Shown here: positions 17,178-25,963 of the stretch, in pieces
Layout of the letters: every line of letters begins with the position of its first letter
How positions within the stretch are numbered: position 1 is the stretch's first letter
Assembly (NCBI GenBank): GCA_020725105.1
Contig: DYFQ01000007.1
Span: 2,106 to 66,105, forward strand
From: Symbiobacterium thermophilum
GTDB lineage: Bacteria > Bacillota > Sulfobacillia > DYFQ01
Direction: 5' to 3'
DNA length: 64,000 bases
Made by a program: the position numbers and the translations under genes
The notes under the pieces: model-generated
What the model saw: the letters and a program-made list of their open reading frames with translations, nothing else
Told to the model about the DNA's origin: nothing
The model's database searches: none

Positions 17178-18152
17178 ATGGCGGCGGTTGAGCCGAGTGC
17201 CGCGCAGAAGGCCACCACCGGAAAGATGGCCCTGGGGGAGGTCGCCTACTTCAGAGGGTCCTTCGTTCCCCTGGCCGAGGCCAGCGTCAGCCTGGCAACC
17301 CACGCCCTCAACTACGGCACCGGTTGCTTCGAGGGCATCCGCGCCTACTGGAACGGCGACCACCGGCAGCTTTACGTGGTGAAGCTGGCCCAGCACTATG
17401 AGCGCCTGGTCCGTTCCTGCCGCGTGCTCCGTATCGACCCGGGGCTCACGGTGGAGAGCATGGTCGAGGTCACCCTGGAACTCCTGCGGCGGAACGGATT
17501 CCGGCAGGACGCCTACATCAGGCCGCTGGCCTTCAAGGGCGGGCTCACGCTGAAGCTGGCGCTGACCGGGGTGGAAGACGCCTTCGGCATCTACTGCCTG
17601 CCCATGGGCGAGTACCTTGACACCGGCCGGGGGCTCCACGCCTGCGTCTCGTCGTGGTTCCGCCTGGACGACAACGCTCTGCCTCCCCGGGCCAAGGTCA
17701 CCGGGGCTTACATCAACGCCAGCCTGGCCTCGGACGAGGCCCAGATAAACGGGTTTGACGAGGCCATCATGCTCACTCCCGACGGCCATGTGGCGGAGGG
17801 CTCTTCCTGCAACCTGTTCATGGTCCGGGACGGCGTGGTCATCACCAGCCCGCTCACCGACGGGATCCTCGAGGGCATCACTCGGGAAGTCATCCTCGGC
17901 CTGGCCCGGGACCTGGGTTACCCGGTGCTGGAGCGTTCCATCGACCGGACTGAGCTGTACGTGTGCGACGAGCTTTTCTTCTGCGGTACCGGCGTCCAGG
18001 TGGCGCCGGTGACCCGGGTGGACCACCGGCCGGTGAACGACGGCCTGCCGGGCCCGGTAACCATCCGGATCCAGCAGGCGTACTTTGACGCGGTGCGCGG
18101 CCGCGAACCCCGCTATCGCGACTGGCTGACGCCGGTGTATCCCTGTGGCTGA
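17178..18152 (+). CDS. ilvE: branched-chain amino acid aminotransferase (class IV PLP)
   Basis: Full-length class-IV transaminase. ATG 17178 preceded by GAGGAGG. Stop overlaps the next gene start. Confidence 0.85.
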   Translation: MAAVEPSAAQKATTGKMALGEVAYFRGSFVPLAEASVSLATHALNYGTGCFEGIRAYWNGDHRQLYVVKLAQHYERLVRSCRVLRIDPGLTVESMVEVTLELLRRNGFRQDAYIRPLAFKGGLTLKLALTGVEDAFGIYCLPMGEYLDTGRGLHACVSSWFRLDDNALPPRAKVTGAYINASLASDEAQINGFDEAIMLTPDGHVAEGSSCNLFMVRDGVVITSPLTDGILEGITREVILGLARDLGYPVLERSIDRTELYVCDELFFCGTGVQVAPVTRVDHRPVNDGLPGPVTIRIQQAYFDAVRGREPRYRDWLTPVYPCG

Positions 18153-19308
18153 ACCGGCCGGCCAAGGTCCCGGCGGCGGACGCCGGGAGCGGGCCGGCTT
18201 TGGCTGCCCCGCCTGCGGGCGCCGCTACCGGTGGGGCGACACCGCGTGGCGCTGCGCCTGCGGTAGCGCCCTGGACTACCTCGGGCGTCCCGAGCCGGGC
18301 GCCTTCGCGCCCGAGCGACTGGCGGCGGCCGGACCGACCCTGTGGCGGTACGCGGGGGCCCTGCCCCCACTGGACCCCGACGCAGTCACCAGCCTGGGAG
18401 AGGCGATGACCCCCCTGGTCCGGGTGACCGGTCCGCTGGCGGGAGACCTGCGCCTGTACCACAAGGTGGATTACTGCCTGCCCACCGGGTCCTTCAAGGA
18501 CCGGGGCACGGCGGTGATGATCAGCTACCTCCACCAGCAGGGCGTGACCGAGGTCGTCGAGGACTCTTCGGGCAACGCCGGCGCCTCGACCGCGGCCTAC
18601 GCCGCCCGGGCCGGGATGGCCTGCACCATCCTGGTGCCCCGGGGAGCTTCCGGCCCCAAGCTCAGCCAGATCGCCGCCACCGGCGCCCGGGTGGTGGAAG
18701 TGCCGGGAACGCGCGAGGACACCGCCCGCGCCGCCCTGGCCGCGGCGGAGCGGGTCACCTACGCCGGCCACAACTGGCAGCCCCTCTTCATCGAGGGGGT
18801 GAAGACGGTCGCCTTCGAGATCTGGGAGCAACTGGGCCGCCGGGCCCCGGACGCCCTGGTGGTGCCGCTGGGCTACGGCAGCCTGGTGCTGGGGGCCTTC
18901 GCCGGCTTTGGCCAGTTGCTTCAGGCCGGGCTGGTGACCAGGCTTCCCCGGCTGCTGGGCGTCCAGGCCGCGGCCTGCGCGCCGGTGGCCGCCGCGCTGG
19001 CGGCCGGCCTGGCCGACGTACCGGCCGTGCAAGGCGGCCCCACCGCCGCCGAGGGAGTGGCGTGCCGGCGCCCGGTCCGCGGCCGGGCGCTCCTCGACGC
19101 CGTGCGCCGGTCCGGTGGCTGGGTGACAACGGTGTCGGAGGGGGACATCCAGGCCGCCCGCCAGCGGCTGGCCCGGGCGGGCTGGTACGTGGAACCGACC
19201 GGCGCCGTAGCCTCCGCCGGCCTGGGGGCGCTCGCCGCCGAGGGCCGGCTGGCGCCGGGCGAGACGGTGGTGGTGGTGCTGACCGGTTCCGGCCTGAAGA
19301 CCAGGTAA
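18145..19308 (+). CDS. thrC: threonine synthase family PLP enzyme (canonical TGSFKDRG motif) with N-terminal Cys4 zinc ribbon
   Basis: CPACG...CACG ribbon, then PTGSFKDRG, SSGNAG and a C-terminal LTGSGLK. GTG 18145 overlaps the ilvE TGA (GTGGCTGA). Confidence 0.8.
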   Translation: MAEPAGQGPGGGRRERAGFGCPACGRRYRWGDTAWRCACGSALDYLGRPEPGAFAPERLAAAGPTLWRYAGALPPLDPDAVTSLGEAMTPLVRVTGPLAGDLRLYHKVDYCLPTGSFKDRGTAVMISYLHQQGVTEVVEDSSGNAGASTAAYAARAGMACTILVPRGASGPKLSQIAATGARVVEVPGTREDTARAALAAAERVTYAGHNWQPLFIEGVKTVAFEIWEQLGRRAPDALVVPLGYGSLVLGAFAGFGQLLQAGLVTRLPRLLGVQAAACAPVAAALAAGLADVPAVQGGPTAAEGVACRRPVRGRALLDAVRRSGGWVTTVSEGDIQAARQRLARAGWYVEPTGAVASAGLGALAAEGRLAPGETVVVVLTGSGLKTR

Positions 19309-19681
19309 GCTCTTACTTGATTTTCTGACCTCTGATGACCCTTACTGTCGAAAGGCCCCGCTGCCCGCGCCATGGTGACGGGCGAGGCCGACTCCGGGGG
19401 CCACCGATCGCGGCCGGCTCAGCCAGGCTGGACAAACTCCCCGAACCAAGGGCGCCCGGGGCTTCCATCCCTGCTCAAGCCCGTTTCGTTACCGCCCGTG
19501 CCTCACCCGTCCCCGCTGATCCGCCAACCGTTCGGCGGGTCCCGTCGGTTTCTGGCATCACCGATAGTCCATGCTGCCAGAATATGCCAGTTGACGGCGG
19601 GGGCGCGACATCAATTTTTTCTTAAATTTCCAGTCGGCACCGGCAGGAATCCGGTCCGGCGCAGCGAACCAGGGGGGGCAG

Positions 19682-19706
19682 GTGGAGCAGGGTGGGGAGA
19701 AGTGGT
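19682..19706 (+). promoter_or_regulatory. three GTGG direct repeats at 10/11-bp spacing upstream of mraZ (candidate MraZ operator)
   Basis: GGTGGAG, GGTGGGG and AGTGGTG at 19682, 19692 and 19703. Confidence 0.4.
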
Positions 19707-19780
19707 GAGATTGAACCCCCCGGCTCCCCTGCGGCGCCAGCCCCCGGGCGTCCCGAGCCCGGCAAGACGGGAAGCGGGCC

Positions 19781-20210
19781 ATGTTCATCGGGGAGTACCA
19801 GCACGGGATCGACGACAAGGGCAGGCTGTTCATGCCGGCCAGGTTCCGGGAGACCCTGGGGGAGCGCTTCATCGTTACCAAAGGGCTTGATCAGTGTCTG
19901 TTCGCCTTCCCGCTGGCCGAGTGGCAGCGGCTGGAGGAGCGGTTGAAGGGCCTGTCTTTCACCCAGCGAGGCCCGGGCGTTTACCCGGATGTTCTTCGCC
20001 GGGGCGGCCGAGGTGGAGATGGACCGGCAGGGGAGGATCCTGATCCCCCCACACCTGCGGGAGTACGGTGGGCTGGAGAAGGAAGCGGTGGTCCTGGGTC
20101 TTTCCAGCCGGGTGGAGATCTGGGCCAGGGAAGTCTGGGAACGTTACAATGAACAGGCCGACGAGACATACGAGAGCGTGGCCGAGAAGATAGTGGACTT
20201 CGGCCTGTAG
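19781..20210 (+). pseudogene. mraZ: mraZ (transcriptional regulator MraZ) split by a +1 frameshift near 19967-19975
   Basis: N-terminal half [24 protein letters not shown]...LSFTQR is in one frame. C-terminal half [26 protein letters not shown]... is in the next frame. The junction lies in a G/C run (CGAGGCCCGGGCG). Confidence 0.8.
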
Positions 20211-20496
20211 CCCCTTGGGTTGGGGTTTGAGGACAACGGGTTGAGGGGTTGCCACCTACACCTCCCTGCGGGGAACGAGGGGGTTCCCTTTCCGAGAGTC
20301 CTGTCCCTGCCGCACCAGGGACGGCCCAAGGCGGTGATCGGCGGTGGCCAGTTCTTGGAGGCAAGGCATCGGCGACGCACACCCCGCCCAGCCGGACGCC
20401 GCCGGGCTGGACAACCAGCCGCCGCCTGGGGAAGGGAACCCCCGCACCCCCGGGCCCTGGAGACCGGGAGTGCCGCGGGGCGCCACGGAGCCGCGA

Positions 20497-21474
20497 ATGG
20501 CTCTGGCGGTGGCGCCCCGAGTGGAGGTGACCGTGGTGGAGTACCGGCACACCCCGGTACTCCTGGAACCGGCGCTACTGTGGCTGCGGCCGCCGCCCGG
20601 GGGGACGGTGGTGGACTGCACCGCGGGCGGTGGGGGGCACACCCGGGCCATCGCCACCAAGGTCGGCCCCCAGGGCCGCGTGGTGGCCATCGACCGCGAC
20701 GCGGACGCGGTGGCCACGGCCAGGGCCGCCCTGGCCGACCTGGGCGAACGGATCAGTTTCGTGCACGGTGACTTCCGCCACCTGGCGGACATCCTGGCCG
20801 ACCTCGGCATCGAGAAGGTGGACGGCGTCCTGATGGACCTGGGACCCTCGGCTTACCAGCTGGAGACGGCGGAGCGCGGCTTCAGCTACCAGGCTGACGG
20901 ACCGCTGGACATGCGGATGGACCGGCGGATCCCGACCACCGCCGCCGACCTGGTGAACGGGCTCGACCAGCGCGAACTGGAGCGGATCATCAGGGACTAC
21001 GGCGAGGAGCGGTGGGCCTCGCGGATCGCCGGCTTCATCGTGCAGGCGCGGGCCCGCCGGCCGCTGGAGACCACCGGGCAACTGGTGGAGGTCATCAAGG
21101 CGGCCATTCCGGCCGCCGCCAGGCGGCAGGGGCCCCACCCCGCCCGCCGCACCTTTCAGGCGTTGCGGATCGCGGTCAACGACGAGCTGGGCGCCCTCGA
21201 GGCGGGGCTCCAGGCCGCCATCGCCGCGCTGCTGCCGGGGGGCCGGGTCTGCGTCATCAGTTTTCACTCGCTGGAGGACCGTCTGGTCAAGCAAACGTTC
21301 CTGGCGTACGGGCGCGGGGAGCCGGACCCGCGGCAGGCGGAGGCCGGCAACGGCGGCGAGCGACCCAGGCTGAGGATTCTCACCAGAAAGCCGGTCCGGC
21401 CGTCCGACGCCGAGGTGCTCCATAACCCTCGCGCCCGTTCCGCCAGGTTGCGGGCAGCCGAACGGACCGGCTGA
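20497..21474 (+). CDS. rsmH: 16S rRNA (cytosine1402-N4)-methyltransferase RsmH/MraW
   Basis: YRHTPVLL, DCTAGGGGH and ISFHSLEDR motifs. Start uncertain (ATG 20497 or GTG 20530). Confidence 0.8.
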   Translation: MALAVAPRVEVTVVEYRHTPVLLEPALLWLRPPPGGTVVDCTAGGGGHTRAIATKVGPQGRVVAIDRDADAVATARAALADLGERISFVHGDFRHLADILADLGIEKVDGVLMDLGPSAYQLETAERGFSYQADGPLDMRMDRRIPTTAADLVNGLDQRELERIIRDYGEERWASRIAGFIVQARARRPLETTGQLVEVIKAAIPAAARRQGPHPARRTFQALRIAVNDELGALEAGLQAAIAALLPGGRVCVISFHSLEDRLVKQTFLAYGRGEPDPRQAEAGNGGERPRLRILTRKPVRPSDAEVLHNPRARSARLRAAERTG

Positions 21475-21508
21475 AGCCCGTACTACCTCGGGAGGGAGGC
21501 GAATACCC

Positions 21509-22027
21509 ATGGTTGCAGCCCAGCCGTCCATCGCGCCAATCGGCCATGGCCAGACCGGGGCGATGGGAATCCCGCTGGACAGGGCCCGGCTCTCAAGGGG
21601 GGTGAGCGCCGGCCCCGCAGGCAAGCTGATGTCGCTCGCCCTGGTGCTGCTCGGGGTCGCCCTGGCCATGGCCTTCACGTTCAGGGCGGCGGTTTTCGCC
21701 CAGCTAGGATATGAGGTCGCCTCCCTCACGGAAGAACTCGCGGCGGTGGAGAACGAGCACCGCCGCTTAAAACTGGAAATCGCGCGCCTGACCGACCTGG
21801 AGCGGGTCGAACGGGAGGCAATGCGGCTTGGCCTCGTCCGGCCCGCCGAGGTCCGCCTGGTGGCCCTCGGCCCCGAGCCGCCCGGCCCGTCGCTGGCCGA
21901 GGCCCGCCGGGCCAGGCTGGACGCCAGGCCGGGCATGGGAAGGGAGGTGGGCTGGTTCGAGCGGGCCGGCACCTGGCTGGCCAGGCTGATCATGGGCGGC
22001 GGGCCGGCCGACGCCCAGATCCGGTAG
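21509..22027 (+). CDS. ftsL: FtsL/DivIC-like cell-division protein (single TM plus coiled coil)
   Basis: Position between rsmH and the PBP. TM helix followed by a leucine-rich coiled-coil segment. GGAGGGAGG RBS. Confidence 0.6.
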   Translation: MVAAQPSIAPIGHGQTGAMGIPLDRARLSRGVSAGPAGKLMSLALVLLGVALAMAFTFRAAVFAQLGYEVASLTEELAAVENEHRRLKLEIARLTDLERVEREAMRLGLVRPAEVRLVALGPEPPGPSLAEARRARLDARPGMGREVGWFERAGTWLARLIMGGGPADAQIR

Positions 22028-22079
22028 GGCACCGCCGGACCTCCCGGGGACACCCCGCGAAAGGAATGAGACCGACCGC

Positions 22080-24194
22080 GTGAGCGTGGTGAACCTGAGG
22101 AAGCGGACTGTCCTGCTCTTTTGTATCGTCCTGGCGGCGCTCGTGACGCTGGCCGGCCGGCTGGCTTGGCTCCAGTTCTACCACGGAGAGAGTCTGCGCC
22201 AGAAGGCGGTCGAGAGCCGGACCCGGGAGGTCCCCATCGAGGCCAAGCGGGGCACCATCTACGACCGCGCCGGCCGCCCCCTGGCCATCAGCGTCAACGT
22301 GGACTCCGTCTTCGCCATCCCACCCCAGGTCCGGGACGCCGAGGCCACGGCGCGCCAGGTGGCGGACATCCTGGGCCTGTCCTACGAAGACGCCCTCTAC
22401 CGCCTGACCAGGGACCGGGCCTTTGTGTGGCTTGCCCGCAAGGTGGATGAGGAGGCGGCCCAAAAGCTCAAGCTGCTCAGGTTACCGGGCATCGGCTTCA
22501 CCCAGGAGGCCAGGCGGTTCTACCCCCACGACCGGCTGGCGGCCCACGTGCTCGGGGTGGTCGGGACCGACCCCGTGGGCCTGGAGGGCATCGAGGTCAC
22601 CTACGACAGCTACCTGAGGGGGATCCCCGGCAAGATCGTCGTCGAGTACGACGCCCGCGGCCGGACCATTCCCCAGGCGATGCACAAGTACTTTCCGCCT
22701 CAGGACGGGATGAGCCTGGTCCTGTGTCTGGACCAGGCCATCCAGTACATGGTCGAGCGGGAACTGGACCGGATCCAGGCCGAGTTCTCGCCGAAACGGG
22801 CCGGCATCGTCGTGATGGAGGTCAAGACCGGCTGCATCCTGGCCATGGGCCAGCGGCCGACCTACGACGCCAACCGCTGGTCCGAGGCACCGCTGGAGGT
22901 TCGCCGCAACTGGCTGATCTCCGACAGCTACCCGCCGGGTTCCACCTTCAAGCCCTTCACGCTGGCGGCGGCCGTTGAAGCGGGGGTGGTCAAGTGGACC
23001 GACCGCTTCTTCGATCCCGGCTCCATCGCCGTCCCGGGCAAGCGGGTTCGCTGCTGGAAGGCGGGCGGCCACGGCAGCCAGGACGCCACCGAAGCCCTGG
23101 TGAACTCGTGCAACGTGGCACTGGTCCAGATGGGCCTGCGGCTGGGGCCCGACCGCTTCGCCGAGTACTACTTCAGGTTCGGCCTCGGTGAACCGACCGG
23201 CATCGACCTGCCGGGAGAGGCCGTGGGGCTGTTCATACCGGCCGGCCAGATGCGCCAGGTTGACCTGGCGGTCATGTCCTTCGGCCAGACCCTCACCGTG
23301 ACCCCCATCCAGATGCTGATGGGCATCAACACCATCGCCAACGACGGGCTGCTGGTCCGGCCCCACCTGCTGAAAGAGGTCCGCTCGCCCGAGGGAGACC
23401 TGCTCCTGACCTACCAGGGCCCGCCGCCCCGGCAGGTCCTCTCGCCGGAGACGGCCCGGGAGATGCGCCGGGCCATGGAGGAGGTGGTCCGGGAAGGTAC
23501 CGGACGGACCACCTACCTGGCCGGACACCGCCTGGCCGGCAAGACCGGCACCTCTCAGAAGGTGATGGGCGGGGTGGTGTCCAGCCAGGCGCACATCGCC
23601 TCCTTCGCCGGTTTCGGGCCGGCCGACGATCCCGTGGTCTCGGCCATCGTGGTGGCGGACGAACCGCAGGGTTCCATGTACGGCGGCCAGGTCGCCGCCC
23701 CGGCGTTTGGCCGGTTGATGTACGACATCTACCGGTACCTCGACGTGGCCCTGCGGCCCGACGAGCCGCCCAAGCGGCGGACCCTGCCTCCCGTGGTCGA
23801 CCTGGCCCCCGACGTTGAGGTGGTCGAGGTCCCTTCGGTGGCGGGGCTGCCGTCGGAGGAAGCGCGCAAGGTTCTGCACCAGGCCGGGCTGGCCGTCCGG
23901 CTGGAGGGTGAGGGACCGGTGGCGGTGGACCAGTGGCCTCCCGCGGGTGCCACCGTGCCGGAGCAGACCGCCGTCGTCGTCAAGCAAGGTCCTGCCGCCG
24001 GCGAGGACGATCTGGTGGTGGTGCCGAACCTCGAGGGCAGGACGATGCGAGAGGTTGGGGAGATCCTGAACCGGCTGGGACTTCGCTTCAGCCCGAAAGG
24101 CAGTGGCCTGGCCTGGGCCCAGGACCCGGCCCCCGGGGTCCTGATCCGGCCGGGAGGGGTGGTGGAGGTGGAGTTCCGGCCGCCGACCGATTGA
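22080..24194 (+). CDS. penicillin-binding protein 2B / FtsI-SpoVD family transpeptidase with two C-terminal PASTA domains
   Basis: N-terminal TM, dimerisation domain, transpeptidase SxxK (STFKPFT), SxN and KTG motifs, then two PASTA repeats. Confidence 0.9.
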   Translation: MSVVNLRKRTVLLFCIVLAALVTLAGRLAWLQFYHGESLRQKAVESRTREVPIEAKRGTIYDRAGRPLAISVNVDSVFAIPPQVRDAEATARQVADILGLSYEDALYRLTRDRAFVWLARKVDEEAAQKLKLLRLPGIGFTQEARRFYPHDRLAAHVLGVVGTDPVGLEGIEVTYDSYLRGIPGKIVVEYDARGRTIPQAMHKYFPPQDGMSLVLCLDQAIQYMVERELDRIQAEFSPKRAGIVVMEVKTGCILAMGQRPTYDANRWSEAPLEVRRNWLISDSYPPGSTFKPFTLAAAVEAGVVKWTDRFFDPGSIAVPGKRVRCWKAGGHGSQDATEALVNSCNVALVQMGLRLGPDRFAEYYFRFGLGEPTGIDLPGEAVGLFIPAGQMRQVDLAVMSFGQTLTVTPIQMLMGINTIANDGLLVRPHLLKEVRSPEGDLLLTYQGPPPRQVLSPETAREMRRAMEEVVREGTGRTTYLAGHRLAGKTGTSQKVMGGVVSSQAHIASFAGFGPADDPVVSAIVVADEPQGSMYGGQVAAPAFGRLMYDIYRYLDVALRPDEPPKRRTLPPVVDLAPDVEVVEVPSVAGLPSEEARKVLHQAGLAVRLEGEGPVAVDQWPPAGATVPEQTAVVVKQGPAAGEDDLVVVPNLEGRTMREVGEILNRLGLRFSPKGSGLAWAQDPAPGVLIRPGGVVEVEFRPPTD

Positions 24195-24289
24195 CGGTCG
24201 GGGCGTCGTCCCCATACTGTCCAGAAATGGCATAATCCCCCAGCAGGGCGCAAAGACTAGCAGGGCTGGGGGAAGGAGCGTGGGTCGGT

Positions 24290-25963
24290 TTGTTACTCGA
24301 GGAACTCGTCGCTGCCCTTCCCTTTCACAGGACTTCCGGCCGTACCGATCTGGAGATCCGGGGCATCGCGTACGACTCCCGGCGTTGCGCGCCGGGCTAC
24401 CTGTTCGTGGCCTGGCGCGGCTTCGTCCACGACGGGCACGACTTCGTCGGCGAGGCCCACGCCCGGGGTGCCGTGGCGGCCTGCGTGGAGCGGGAGATCA
24501 GGGTGCCGGCGGGCATGACCCGCCTGGTGGTCCCGGACGCCAGGGCGGCCCTGGGCTATCTGGCCAGCGCCTTCTACGGCCATCCCGCCAAGAAGATGCG
24601 GCTGATCGGGGTCACGGGAACCAACGGCAAGACCACCACGACCTATCTGGTGCGGAGCGTGCTCGCGGCCGCCGGCAAGAAGACCGGGCTGATCGGCACC
24701 GTGCAATACCTGGTGGGGGACAAGGAGTACCCCGTGGTCCGGACCACGCCCGAATCCCTCGACCTCCAGCGGATGCTGGACGAGATGGCCCGGGCCTTCA
24801 CCGAGGCGGTGGTCATGGAGGTATCGTCCCACGCCCTGTGGCTGCACCGGGTGGTCGGGTGCGAGTTCGACGCGGGCGTGTTCACCAACCTGAGCCAGGA
24901 CCACCTGGAACACCACCAGACCATGGAGCGCTACCTGCAGGCCAAGAGCCTGCTCTTCGAAACGCTGGGCAGCAGTTACTGGGGTCCGCCCAAGGCCGGG
25001 CCCAAGGTGGCGGTGCTCAACGCCGACGACCCGGCGTCCCAGTACATCGCCGAGCGGACGCCGGCCCGGGTGATGTGGTACGGCCTCCGGGAGGGGGCGC
25101 AGGTGCGGGGGGAGGACGTGGTGGTCACCCCCCGGGGGGTCCGCTTCGTGGCGGTGACCCCCGCCGGGCGCTTGCCCCTGGAGCTCGCGCTGACCGGCCG
25201 GTTCAACGCCTACAACGCCCTGGCGGCGGTGGCGGTCGGTCTGGCCGAAGGGGTGCCCCTGGACGCCATCCGGCGCGGGCTGGAGGCCGTCCGCGGCGTT
25301 CCCGGCCGGTTCGAGGCGGTGGACGAGGGACAGGACTTCGCGGTGGTGGTGGATTACGCCCACACGCCTGACGGGCTGGAGAACGTGCTGCAGACGGCGA
25401 GGGAGCTCACCCGGGGCCGGGTGATCGCCGTCTTCGGCGCCGGCGGCGACAGGGACCGGACCAAGCGGCCGCTCATGGGCGAGGCGGCGGGGCGCCTGTC
25501 GGACGTGGTGGTGCTGACCTCGGACAACCCGCGTTCGGAGGACCCCACCTCGATCCTGCGGGACATCGAGGCCGGGCTGGCCAGGGTCCGGAAACGGGGG
25601 GACTACCACCTGGTGGTGGACCGGAAGGAAGCAATCTCCAGGGCCATCCGGATGGCCCGGACCGGCGACCTGGTGCTCATCGCGGGCAAGGGCCACGAGA
25701 CGTACCAGATTTTCCACGACCGGACGGTCCCGTTCGACGACCGCGAGGTGGCCAGGCAGGTCCTCCGGCGGCTCCGGCGGCGGGGGCGGCGGTCCGAAGG
25801 CGGCCGGCGCACCCGGCGCCGGGGCGGCGGCAAGGGGGGGCGGAGCTCGGGCCCGGCGGCCGGCAGCGGCGCGGCCGAGACCGCCACCGGCACCGGTCCG
25901 GCCGGCAACGGCGCGGCAACCGGCGAGCCGGCGGGGAACGGAAGCCAGGCCGGAGTGGGGTGA
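24290..25963 (+). CDS. murE: UDP-N-acetylmuramoyl-L-alanyl-D-glutamate--2,6-diaminopimelate ligase
   Basis: GVTGTNGKTTT P-loop, DNPR motif, Mur ligase architecture. TTG start. Confidence 0.9.
   Translation: MLLEELVAALPFHRTSGRTDLEIRGIAYDSRRCAPGYLFVAWRGFVHDGHDFVGEAHARGAVAACVEREIRVPAGMTRLVVPDARAALGYLASAFYGHPAKKMRLIGVTGTNGKTTTTYLVRSVLAAAGKKTGLIGTVQYLVGDKEYPVVRTTPESLDLQRMLDEMARAFTEAVVMEVSSHALWLHRVVGCEFDAGVFTNLSQDHLEHHQTMERYLQAKSLLFETLGSSYWGPPKAGPKVAVLNADDPASQYIAERTPARVMWYGLREGAQVRGEDVVVTPRGVRFVAVTPAGRLPLELALTGRFNAYNALAAVAVGLAEGVPLDAIRRGLEAVRGVPGRFEAVDEGQDFAVVVDYAHTPDGLENVLQTARELTRGRVIAVFGAGGDRDRTKRPLMGEAAGRLSDVVVLTSDNPRSEDPTSILRDIEAGLARVRKRGDYHLVVDRKEAISRAIRMARTGDLVLIAGKGHETYQIFHDRTVPFDDREVARQVLRRLRRRGRRSEGGRRTRRRGGGKGGRSSGPAAGSGAAETATGTGPAGNGAATGEPAGNGSQAGVG

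Noticed and set aside
22482-25717. 583-aa and 474-aa minus-strand ORFs across the PBP and murE genes
   Set aside because: Antisense shadows of conserved dcw genes.
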